Source of the DNA: Podarcis muralis
Lineage: Eukaryota
NCBI RefSeq assembly: GCF_964188315.1
Contig: NC_135655.1
Span: 71,424,001 to 71,488,000, forward strand
Reading direction: 5' to 3'
DNA: 64,000 bases
The notes under the pieces: model-generated
What the model saw: the letters and a program-made list of their open reading frames with translations, nothing else
The model's database searches: none
What the model was told of the DNA's origin: nothing
Made by a program: the position numbers and the translations under genes
In this document: positions 1 to 12,300 of the stretch, one piece after another
Layout of the letters: each line of letters opens with the position of its first letter
Position numbering within the stretch: the first letter of the stretch is position 1

Positions 1-94
1 GCTGTAAACAGTAAGTTAATGAATTATGAATGTGACTTGCACTTCTCACTTGAAGAAGAGAATAGCACAACATAGTTCAGAACTTGTTACTTAC

Positions 95-283
95 TTGGAG
101 TCCAGCAATTCTAATGCAGTCAGAGGAGGTAAGGGAGGCCACTGCTGAAGCAGCAAATATATTTCAGACAGATTTGTCATATCCCAGTTTGGTGCACTGG
201 CCAATATCTTTGGAAGGCTGTTTGCCTCTGTATGGCAATAATGTCTCTTCTCCCACAAAAATGCTTTATCCTTTCTAGACAAT
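95..283 (-). CDS. PIK3C2A: PIK3C2A exon (PIK helical domain)
   Basis: 189 nt, phase 2/2, [33 protein letters not shown]...ALELLDSK; tgtag acceptor, gtaagt donor. Confidence 0.96.
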
Positions 284-287
284 CTAC

Positions 288-342
<55 letters not shown>

Positions 343-3300
343 CAAAACGTTTTTATTAGTTCATGACAATATATTTATGATTATCACAGCCGTCATTAAT
401 GCATGCCCCTTGGGAAGAAAACAGCCGCAAAGTTTAGGACATGCAGAACACAATACAGTGGTACCTCTGGTTACGTCCGCTTCATGTTACGTTCTTTCAG
501 GTTACATCCCGTGGTGACCCAGAAGTACCGGAAAGGGTTACTTCTGGGTTTTGCCGCTCACGCATGCACAGATATGCAAAATGACGTCAAGCGCATGCAC
601 AGAAGCAGCAAATCGTGACCCGCCCGTGCGCAGACACACCTCTGCGGGTTGCGCTCTTTTCATGTTGCGAATGGGCCTCTGGAACGGATCCTGTTCGCAA
701 CCAGAGGTACCACTGTATTATACTCTACTGTTGCAAAAGGCCCAAGCAGGAAAAAGGCTGCTACAGTCAGAATGGTAAAGCAAGGCTTTTGAGTTGAATT
801 CATGCTAGGAGACTTTAGTGCTGACGCACCATTGCTTTCCACACTCTGCCACAAATGAAATTAAAATGGTTGCTCCATATACCGCTAAAAAGTACTGTAT
901 TCCCCATAAAAAGTCAGCAAGTAAACCTTATTATATCCCTATGTTTAGTCAGAGATAAGATCCACTGCAGCAGAGGTTCCATTTTTTCCAGTCCCTGGCA
1001 ACACTTTTGACTCCAAAGGCCGTATCATTACTAGGATCTGCCTCACGGGTGAAATTTGACAATCACCTGATGTCACAAATGAAGTCAGGGGATTTGCTGC
1101 TTTGAAGTCCCAAACTCAAAGGAGAAAAGTCTTGAAATGAATGGGGGGGGGGCACCCAGACCAGGAACACACACACACCCCAACAGGATTGCCATCCTTT
1201 GCACCCTACTCTGTGAAGCATTTCAAAGGCTCCCAACAGAACTTTGGAAACTGCTTAAGTGGGCTTTGCCCAAGCCCTGGCCTTGACATTGGGGGTAGGG
1301 TGGGTTTCAGTCCTGGGCTGAGATTTTAAGGTTTTTATGTAGTCCAGAAAGGCCAAAATTGCCAATTTTTTGAAATTTCAAACGCTCATAATTCAAAAAC
1401 AGGGTGAGATAAAAAATTAAAAACTGAGATCAGGTAGCTTCTCTTATATTACTTTTAGGAAACTGAAAATGAAAGCAATATGAAATTGCAAGGTAAAAGT
1501 CCCTGGATCATTTGACATGGAATGACCCTTCTATTATTCTGAGGTACTAAAAGTCAACAGGTTCTGAAGACTCAAAAAGATTAAAAGGAGGAGCTTTAGG
1601 GAGGCACTAACACTATCTCCCAGCTTTTTGCCACTTACTGTATTTTTCGCTCTATAAGACGTACCAGACCATAAAACGCACCTAGTTTTTGGAGGAGGAA
1701 AACAGGGGAAAAAATATTCTGAATCCCAGAAGCCAGAACAGCAAGAGGGATCGCTGCGCAGTGAAAGCAGCGATCCCTCTTGCTGTTCTGGCTTCTGGGA
1801 TAGCTGCGCAGCCTGCATTCGCTCCATTAAGACGCACACACATTTCCCCTTACTTTTTAGGAGGGAAAAAGTGAGTCTTATAGAGCAAATAATACGGTAT
1901 TTCATGCAAACAGGACGATAAAAAGACAATATTTCCCCAGATGACCAAAAATCCAGTCAAAATACAAGCTGTATAAAAAACAAAAATGCAGGGATGATTG
2001 CCAGCTATGGCAATGTACAGATGGGCAGCATGCTTTATGGTATTCTGATGAGTATTTTCTGTAAAGAATGTCAGGTTTCAAGTTGTCTCGCACACAAAAG
2101 AAGAAAGTTTTAGGCGTGAGATTCAAATGTGTGTAAATACAGTATTGTTCTGCATCTACATCTACGTGAAGATAATTTTGTCAGGACTTGTAAACTGGAA
2201 GACAGAGAAACTCAACATCCTAATAAAGTGCAACATTTTGATCATGTATATTAAATTAAAAGGTGACTGTAGGATAATTATGTAGAAAGGCAAACCACTA
2301 CTCTTAATATTAAGGATAACCAAAGTGAAGTCCTTCATGTATTGTGGATTAAAACTCCCATAATCTCTGAATATTGGCCGTACTAACTGAAGCTGATGAG
2401 ATATGAAGTCCAAAACATTTGGAGGGCACCATGATGACTAACCACGCTTAACGCAATGCAACATACCCAAGTGTACCCTCCTTGGAAAGAATGGAAAGAA
2501 GACGCTCTCTTGAATCTTTTTCCAATGTTTCTATGGAATGACATGTGGTACTGTTTGCAGCTTGAGGAATTTTGTATACAATATCAAATGATAAGGAAGG
2601 GAAATCAATCTGAAAAATTTAAAAAGTAAACTTATTATTGACGCAAACTATGACGTGGCAACTCAGAGAACTTCTTCTACATCCTAATTATGACCTCATT
2701 TCCAGCACCCACTTTTTGTCCTCTTTCCCCTCACAATAAAGTAACAAAACATCAAAGCCACAGACCATAAATATCAAAAGGAACATTTAGTGTGAAGTGT
2801 TCTCACAAATAATACATATAGTATATAATAATAAAGTTTCCATATGACGTTTGTCATTGCAAAATGTGACTTACAATATATAAACAAATATATACATTAA
2901 AATTGGCATGGGGGGGATCTCAAAGACAAACTATTTTTAAAACACTGGATTAAAATGCCCCACCCACTCAAGGACACCACAGATAATTAAGAGCCAAAGG
3001 CCTGGTAAAAAGAAATGCCTAGTGCCTAAATCTATGTAATGATGGCACCAGGCAGGCCTCCCTGAGGAGAGCATTCAACAAGTGACAGCCACCACTGAAT
3101 TATCCTATTCTCATATTGCCACCCTCCAGACCTCCCAAGGAGGGAGACCATGAAAAAAGGCCTCAGATGATGACGGCAGGGTCTGGATCAGTTTATATGG
3201 GAAGAGACAATCCTTGAGGTATTGTGGTCCTGAGCTGCATAAGGCTCTGTAGGCCAAAACCAGCACTTTGAATTAGGCCTGGAAACTAATTGGCAGCCGG

Positions 3301-6300
3301 TGCAGTCAGGCCAGGATTGTTGTTATGTGCCCAGACAATTAAAAATAGCTTTACTGTGATGTGCAAAGTGGACCTTAGAATGCAAAATCGACCAAATGAA
3401 GCTACAAGTGGAGAAGCCCATTTTAAAATGTTCCCTAGAAGTTATTACAAGTAACTGAAGTACTAAGAAGAGAGGTTCTAACTTTCTGTTGTTTTTTGTT
3501 TTTGTTTTTACATAGGGGCACATTCAAAAGTATTATGGCTGCCAGCAGTTTGAAGTACTACAGTCTGCCTCTACTACACCATCTCATTACATTGTATGTA
3601 TAGGCCAGACATCATGCATCACACTTTTGGATGCAAAGGTCCATACTCAAGCACAAGGATATATGTATATTTTCGCAGTTACAGCATACTGAGAAAGTGA
3701 TCCTTGCAATCATTTCCCAGCATGCTTATCAGGACGATAAAATGGTCTGTTAAACTGCATTAAACACTCACCCTTGCACAAAAAATAAAGGGTTGTGTGT
3801 ATAAGAACTTGTAATGTGCAAATCCCTCAGAGAGAGACCTTTAAGTCTAAACCCTCACAGGCAAACTATGTCACAGAAGTTTTCATATTTCTTCATCACT
3901 CTGCAGTTATTTTACTCTTTTGTATGTGCATGGACTGCACGGCCATATACAAAAAGGCTAAAGCAGAAAAAGGGCAGATATATCCTCTCACGGTTTTGCA
4001 AAATGAGTCCAAGTAATGATGAGATACAGCACTCAAATTTTCATTGTGGATTAAAGAAGATGAGATTGTGAAGGGATCATTTATTACTACTCAAATAATT
4101 CTGCATAGGGTATAAAAGCTTTTAAAAGCAATTAAGAGGGAACTAGCATTACCTGCAATACTATTCTTTCCATTAAATTTCCTTTTTTATGGACCGCTCC
4201 AGGGACAAGGTTTGTGGGAGGTGTCCAAAGGTGTAAAAGTTTTGTTCCACAAGTCAACATTCTACGGACACAAAACCAAGAAGAATTTAGTGCTCTGTGC
4301 AGAGAAAGAACTATCAGTTACAAAATGATAGCAGTTGGAATGTGAGGACAGAATTTGCTTGTTAAATCAAATAAGGAGCCAACTTAAGCAGTTATTACTA
4401 GGAAGAAAAAACAAGTTTTGTTCATAGAAACATCTCAGACCTGATTCATATACTTCAGCATCAGCAAACTTATAAAGATAATTTTCCATATGCTTATAAA
4501 GATAATTTTCAGAAGTCCTGAGCACTGTGGACCTCTGGATTGAAATCTTTAGTAGCCTATTAGATCAAAATTCATGACCTCTGCAAGCAAAACAGGAGGC
4601 ATGAAAAGTCTGACAAGGATGGAAGCACCAAAAAGGAGACTTATCCTCCCTCTTATGGCACTGCCTTTTTTTTATCCATCTCTATAAGAATGTCACCTAA
4701 TGAATTGTCATCTCCCACAAGCTCCCTGCCATCAAAATAATCTGTTGCTAAGATCAGTCTAGTTGGGATTAGTTTCCTCACACAATGCTTCTTGCTACTA
4801 TTTCCGCTGCCATAGCATGAGACACAAATGGGCCATGTCCACAGATGCATCTGCCACAAACACAGCAACCTTAAAGAAGTTGAGAGATGTTTTATGAAGG
4901 CAATCTACATCTTAGAGTGGAATTGTTGATGTCGCCCATCCGTCAGGACAGCTACCCTAGAGAAGACCATAGGATGCTCACAGTGACAATTCTGCTGCCT
5001 CATGCACACATTCAAGAGTAAAACTGATTTAATTCAGGAGGGATAATTAAAGGAAGGAATTGAAGGCTGAACCCAGGTAAGAAAAATACAATAAATAAGT
5101 AAGGAAGCCCCCAACTTGGGGTTAAGGCAACAGATAGTCAATTGTACAATTTGGTGACAAAGGCAAGAATTAATTGGAAGAGAGAGAAGAATCAACTGTA
5201 CAATTAATGGAAAAACAAAGAAAGACAGATGCTGAGGGGGAAATGGCTCAGAATGAAAGACACAAATGCTGAGGAAAAGGCCTCAGGAGGTGGGGTGGGG
5301 TGGGGGGACAACAACAGAGAATCACTCACTACACTCAGAATATCACAGATCGCACACACAATGAGCCAGAAAAGACTGGGCCAGAAGAGCACCAGAAAAT
5401 CAGGTCTGCTTCAAACAAGGCTGGAAAAACAAACTGCCACTCCAAGACAGGAGTAATCTACAGGTTATTTTGAAGTGGTAATGTTTTTTCCTGCCTTCTA
5501 GAAAGTGGAGGATGGACGCGGGTGGCGCTGTGGGTAAAACCACAGTGCCTAGGACTTGCCGATTGTATGGTCGGCGGTTCGAATCCCCGCGGCGGGGTGA
5601 GCTCCCGTCTTTCGGTCCCAGCTCCAGCCCACCTAGCAGTCCGAAAGCACCCTTAAAGTGCAAGTAGATAAATAGGTACCGCTTTACAGCGGGAAGGTAA
5701 ACGGCGTTCCGTGTGCTGCTCAGGCTCGCCAGAGCAGCGATGTCACACTGGCCACGTGACCCGGAAGTGTCTGCGGACGGCGCCGGCTCCTGGCCTCTAG
5801 AGTGAGATGAGCGCACAACCCTAGAGTCTGTCAAGACTGGCCCGTACGGGCAGGGGTACCTTTACCTTTACCTAGAAAGTGGAGGATGACAACCCACTTG
5901 ACTGTGTTCTAATGCCCACTTGAAAAAAGGCTGTACCTGCAGTATTCCTTAAGTTCACTCTGGGGTTGCTAACATGTAGTACCAACAACATCTGGAGGGC
6001 CGCAACACCTATTAACCTTAACCACCATGGCCAATGGTCAAGGATGATGGGAACTGCTTTCCAACTACATTTGGCTGGACAATGTACTGGGAACCTAGAG
6101 AATTTCATACAAGTAGTGGAATTTCTAGGGTGATAAAACCTTAATAGCTGAAATCTTATGAATTAGGGATTTAAGAAGTCCATATGCAGGACTGTAGTCA
6201 ACACCACTCAGTATTCAAAAGTATCACAATCCTTAACATGGAGCCAGCCTATCACTCCACCCCTCGAAAGAATAAACATATTTAAAATATATTATTCAAA

Positions 6301-9300
6301 ATAGGAGGTGGCCGTTATCTAGAGCCCATCCCCCTATATAATGCATTTCTCTTTCCATTTTTTAAGGTTCAACTCTATTTTCTTTGGATTAAAATTTGTA
6401 ACCTTCCTCTAACAAAACTATACTATTTGCCACAGAAGACATTTTGAATACTCACCGTCTAAAATCAAAAAGAGGTAAGGAAACTTGACCCAACATTTCA
6501 GGGCCTTTTCTCTGTTTATTGGAATCTGGTGAACTACCACCATTTTGATTTAATATTCCAAAGAGGGTAAGACATAAGATGGATTCTAATGGCAACTGAG
6601 AGATCTGTATAGGAAAAATTATTCTGTAAAATAAGAAAATAGAATCGTTAGGAATTACTGACTACTATGCTTTAAAGATATATCATATGTTCAAGAAGAT
6701 CAATACGTAGTTCCCCCATTGCTAAAACAGTGCTTTATTTTACATTGCCAACTAAACGTAGACAAATGCACTATTTCAATCTCTATAACCCTTACTATAC
6801 TTTAACAGAAACCCCTCTTACATGGACAAAATATTTCATGCAATATTTATAAACATTGGTGACAAAGAAACGGAGTCATTAGAAGCATGATGAGAAATGG
6901 AACAGGAATAATCAACTGACTTTTGTAAAGCCATGCTTTTAATATGGTGATGGCTATTTCCAACATCCATCACTTTTGTGTAAGAAATTGTTTGTCATCT
7001 GGGAGAAAGCACATGCCTACTTGGTTGTATGCACTTGTCTCATATGCCATCAGCTTCACACAGGATTCCTTATGGTTTCCTACATGAGGAAATTCCCAGT
7101 TCTTTTATAGGAATTTCCATTTTGTGGGAAGCAGCTTGATGCCCAAGACAATACTGGGGATGGGACCTGGGCTTGCAAGCTTCCTTCCTTGTTTTCTTCA
7201 CCAGCTAAATACATTAATAACTGAACAGTAGAACAACACCAATTTTATTTTTAGTTATTTCTATCTTGAAAAGTTGGGAGGTTCTATGCAAATTATACTG
7301 AAGGACCTGGTAAACTATTCAGAATTTCATGCACTGACAGAGCATAGAAAATGAAAGACATTGTTAACTATGTGGTCTGACGGAATCAGTAGCATTAATT
7401 AACAATCTCAGGGGATGTGATAGTTACTGCTCAGAGAAACCATAATAATTTTATGAGTCAGATAAATAAAAAATCACCACTTACAATTCATCCCATTTAA
7501 TCAAATAGAAGAAATTCTTATAAGTGCCAACCTTCTTGGACTGCACAGGTTTGAAAAGATCCCTTCCATTGTGGGTAAGAGAACAAACCAAATAGTATTT
7601 TTCATAACTGTAAAAGGGAGACAAACATTATGATGAATCAAAACATTGTGTAAACGCACTGGAGTAAAAGGTGCGTTTTGGTTTAGTTACTCACACAGAG
7701 ACCCAGCTACTAAGGATTCCGTGAGCTGCAAATATTGTGAACTGGAGGTGCTCTGTGGCAGTCCATGCTTCTTTAGTGCTTTTCTGAATCTTTGGAGTGT
7801 TTAAGGGACTGCTGCACGAGTTCAAGTGGAGTTGAAGAAGAGCATATACTGCTGAGGTCAGCTGATCTATGCTCATTTGCAGAGGGTTTTCAAGTTGCAA
7901 GGCACCTAAAATAAAACATTTTGCTTTAGGAAGGTAACCATTAAAACAAACATTAAAGACAAAATTAGATTCAAGTTTTGTACTTACCAACTGCATTCTT
8001 GCTAGTCTCATCAGAAGATGTTAAAGACACCTGTGCAATAATATATGGAAAACACAAACCTCACATATGTGAAAACCCTTGGTTACGCTATACTATAAAT
8101 GAAAGTTACCATATTTTTCACTCCATAAGGCACACCTGACCATAAGGCGCACCTAGTTTTTAGAGGGGGAATTCAAGAAAAAAAATATTATTTAAAGGGA
8201 GTGCTGAGCAGAGCCTGTATGCATCCCAGGCTCTGCTCAGCGCTCCCTTTCACGAGCTACGTGGAGCGTGTGTGCAGTGCTTGCAGACTTTTCCCCGAGG
8301 AGGAAGCCCCCCAAGAGCCACACACACACTCCACGCGGCTCTTTAAAGGGAGCGCGGCTCTTGGGCACTTTTGCGGGAGGTGGGGGAAGTGAGAGAGCTG
8401 CGCTCTGTCCCTTTCCCCACCTCCCGCAAAAGCCAGGGATGAAGGCTCCCCGCTGCCCTGCGGAGGCATTGTGCTGCTAAGGCAGAAGCTAAAACAGCTA
8501 GAGGGAGCACTGCGCAGCGCTCTCTCTAGCTGTTCTGGCTTCTGGGGTAGCCCGCGAAGCCTCTGCAGGGCAGCGGGGAGCCTTCATCCCGCAGCCCTGC
8601 GGAGGTTTCGCGGGCTACCCCAGAGCTGCTCAGGAGTGCGGGGCATCTGCGCGCAGTCTGCCCGCTGCTCCCAGGGCTGGCAGGGGAAGCCCGAGTCCCC
8701 CCCCCCCCAGCCCCAAAGAGCAGCTCAGGGAGAAGCGGACAGGCTGCGCGCAGCCTTCCCGCTGCTCCCAAAGCTTGTCGAGGCTGGCGGGGGAAGCCCG
8801 GGTTTCCCCAATCCCCCAACCCCAGGGACCACACATTCGCTCCATAAGACACACAGACATTTCCCCTTAGTTTTTAAGAGGAAAAAAGTGTGTCTTATGG
8901 CGCAAAAAATACAGTATTCAGGTATCCAACCGATTGTTAAAACTATCCTATGAAAACTTCATAATAGTTCCTTCTTTCTTTACTTCTGTAGAGGCAAAAT
9001 ATGGGTTTCTTGTCACCTACTGTAAATGCCACAGTTCCCTCTGCCTTTTTACCCTCCACTGTAAAAGTACAGAATTGGATGTGGGAGGAGGAACGTCATC
9101 ACTATCACTGCCCCAAGCCTCTTCAAAGGACAAAATTCACCATGCTCCAAAACAAATAGTTTTCCTCCCCCCTCCTCAAAAGTATAAAGAAGAAACATTT
9201 TCCATTTACCTCACGCCATGCTTCTTGGCTAGTGAAACAAAAACCTGTCTTTCCCAAATTTGCCCTATCAACGTGTCTGCAGGTAATGCGAGGGATGGGA

Positions 9301-12300
9301 GTAAATGTTCCTTATATCTCACAAAGCATGTACACAGCACAAAACATAGCAAACCAATTACCTCAGGACTCGCACTCCTTGGAAGGTTAACTGCTCTTCT
9401 TAGCTTCTTTACAGATGTTGTAATTGCAGGAGTCTCTACCCCATCCAATGTATAGCAAATTTTCCGAACAGATTTAATGATATGATCTACAGCTTTAGTC
9501 TGGTTCTGGTGAGAAAAGCACATGACAGAGTCCTGAATTAGGAGTCCAATTGTGTGGGTACGAACACAAGACTCACAGCAAAGGGTGTATAGCCCCTTAT
9601 AAAGATCTATATGGATTCTCATTTGTACTCTGAAAAATACACATGAGCACCATTATTTGTTTTTAATGTGGAGGAATGTGGACGTGGGGAAGTAAGGACC
9701 ATGGTGGTGAGACTTAGCAGATTTGGGGAAAGCTGCAATAGTCCAGTTCTACTACTATTAAAGGTAAAGGGACCCCTGACCATTAGGTCCAGTCGCGGAT
9801 GACTCTGAGGTTGCGGCGCTCATCTCACTTTACTGGCCGAGGGAGCTGGCGTAGAGCTTCTGGGCGATGTGGCCAGCATGACTAAGCCACTTCTGGCAAA
9901 CCAGAGCAGCACATGGAAATGGCATTTACCTTCCCGCCGGAACGGTACCTAGTTATCTACTTGCACTTTGACGTGCTTTTGAACTGCTAGGTTGGCAGGA
10001 GCAGGGACCGAGCAACAGGAGCTCACCCCGTTGTGGGGATTCGAACCACTGACCATCTGCTTGGCAAGCCCTAGGCTCTGTGGTTTAGACCACAGTGCCA
10101 TCCGCTAAAAAATATTTTTAGCCATCTCACCCCTTGCTTTTTCCTGTAAGACCAATTGCAGTCGTTAACAGTCGTCAACAGGTTTACCACACCTATCAGC
10201 TAATCACCCATTCTCACCACCCTTCTGAGTAATACCCCTCCCCACCCTCTCACTATATATAAGGGTCTGGTGACTTCTGTTTCAGTGTATCTGAAGAAGT
10301 GTGCATGCACATGAAAGGTCATACCAATAACAAACTTAGTTGGTCTCTAAGGTGCTACTGGAAGGAAAATTTTTTATTACCATAGAAGTAAGTTTAGTGC
10401 AGCAAGAGATAATGCTTACCTCATTCTTAAGTAGTTTATCGACTTGATTATGATAAGCTTCCAACAGCTCTTCAAGAGACTGACTGAAACGAACAATGAT
10501 TATATTACTATATGCATTTGTAAAAGAAATATACTGACAACTTGGAGGTAATTCATTTCAATACAAAGGATGTTATGACAGTGGTTACCTTTGAATGCTT
10601 TCTCTGAAAAGCTTTTCTACATGATAAAGATGCTTCGTCAAATCTACAGGTGTACTGTCATCATCTTCCTAAAAATGAGAGATATACAAGTTATTTGAAG
10701 GCTATAACTCCATGTTTCTTCTAAAGGAACTCTAAAAAGTAATATAAACATGGACAGCAATTTGTCTGGAGTTTAGCAAATGAGATTTTTGGCTTCCCCC
10801 CACTCTTCCTTTAAAGAATAAAGTGCACAAATATCTACCTTCAAATACTTTAGTTAAGGGTTTGTGACAATGTCTATAAACTTGTACCAATATTTTTACT
10901 CTCCAAATTCTATTAACTATTCACCATGAAGCAGTGAACCAAATAGGAATTTTGAAAGCCAACTCACTTTTTTTTACTGTAAAATCCATTTCAGGTTAAC
11001 TAATGTTTTAGGCGGTAAGCCAAAACTGACCTAGGAATACGTAAGTTTAATTGAACTCAGTGGGGCTTGCTTTGGGGCAGACATGAAAAGGATTGCACTG
11101 TTAGCCCTTAAGCTCTCCAATGAACCTATTTCACCTCTACAAATACTTTAAAAAGCCCCAGGCCAGGTGCTAAAGAGCTCCATAATATGTACAAAACGTT
11201 TATATGTGCACAGGAATTTCCTGCATTTTTTGCTTTCAGCCCTATTCATTGTGATGACTGCTGTTCTAAGGTTGCTTTATTTTCTTTGTTTTTTTAAAAC
11301 AATGTACAAACAGAACAAAACAGCAAAAAAGGAGAGGAAAAGTTGGTTATGTTTAACGTAGTAAATAAAGATCTTAGAGAATCGAAAAAAGCATACGGAT
11401 TTAAGTTTATTTGTGCCTTGTCACAGATGATGAAGAATCCATTTTTCAACAAAACAATCATAGTTGTGCCTACCCTTTTTGAACTGAATCATATTGGTCA
11501 ATTTAACCATGCAAGCTATATCTCAAACTAATCAGCTAGTCCTCCAAACTTGGAGGCCAGATTTTGTTCCAGTTATAAAAACAGTGATATGGGCTGCACT
11601 TAATACAGTGGTACCTCGCAAAACGGAAAACTCGCAAGACGAAAGGGTTTTTTGTTTTTTGAGCTGCTTCGCAAGACGATTTTCCCTATGGGCTTGCTTC
11701 GCAAGACGGAAACGTCTTGCAAGTTTGTTTCCTTTTTCTTAACACCATTAATACAGTTGCGACTTGACTTCGAGGAGCAACTCATAGAATGCGGTGTGGT
11801 AGCCTTTTTTGAGGTTTTTAAAGACTTTGGTGATTTTTGAAGCTTTTCCAAAACTTTTCTGACACCGTGCTTCGCAAGACGAAAAAAATCGCGGAACGAA
11901 TTAATTTCGTCTTGCGAGGCACCACTGTAAAGGATCATCTCCCTGCTGCCCATAGGCAACCAAAAAGAAGCTTCAATGGGTCCCTTGGCACGGTATGTCC
12001 TGTGATAATTTCAATTTCTTTAATGTTAGTCCAAAATTTTGTTAATTTATGACGGTTCCAAAAGATGTGTAAAACATCTAGCACTGGGCATCTTACTTCT
12101 CCAACAAAGACTACTTGCTGTTTTATATATATATGGCTAAGATGTTTTAATGTTAAGTAACACCTGAAGATCATTTTACAGAAACTTTCCTAAGACCTAC
12201 ACTAACCGTATACTATGACACATGCAACAATACCATTTAACAACTGGGTGACAAAAAATAGCTCTATTCTAAGTAAGAATTGTGCTCTGATCTTTAACAT

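Noticed and set aside
5400-5834. 144-aa minus-strand ORF (similar ORFs at 24087, 39095, 36103, 11600, 30341)
   Set aside because: Translations of Sauria SINE or MITE sequence
8201-8953. Cluster of long overlapping ORFs (up to 160 aa)
   Set aside because: They lie within a GC-rich MITE; stop depletion explains them and there is no protein-like signature
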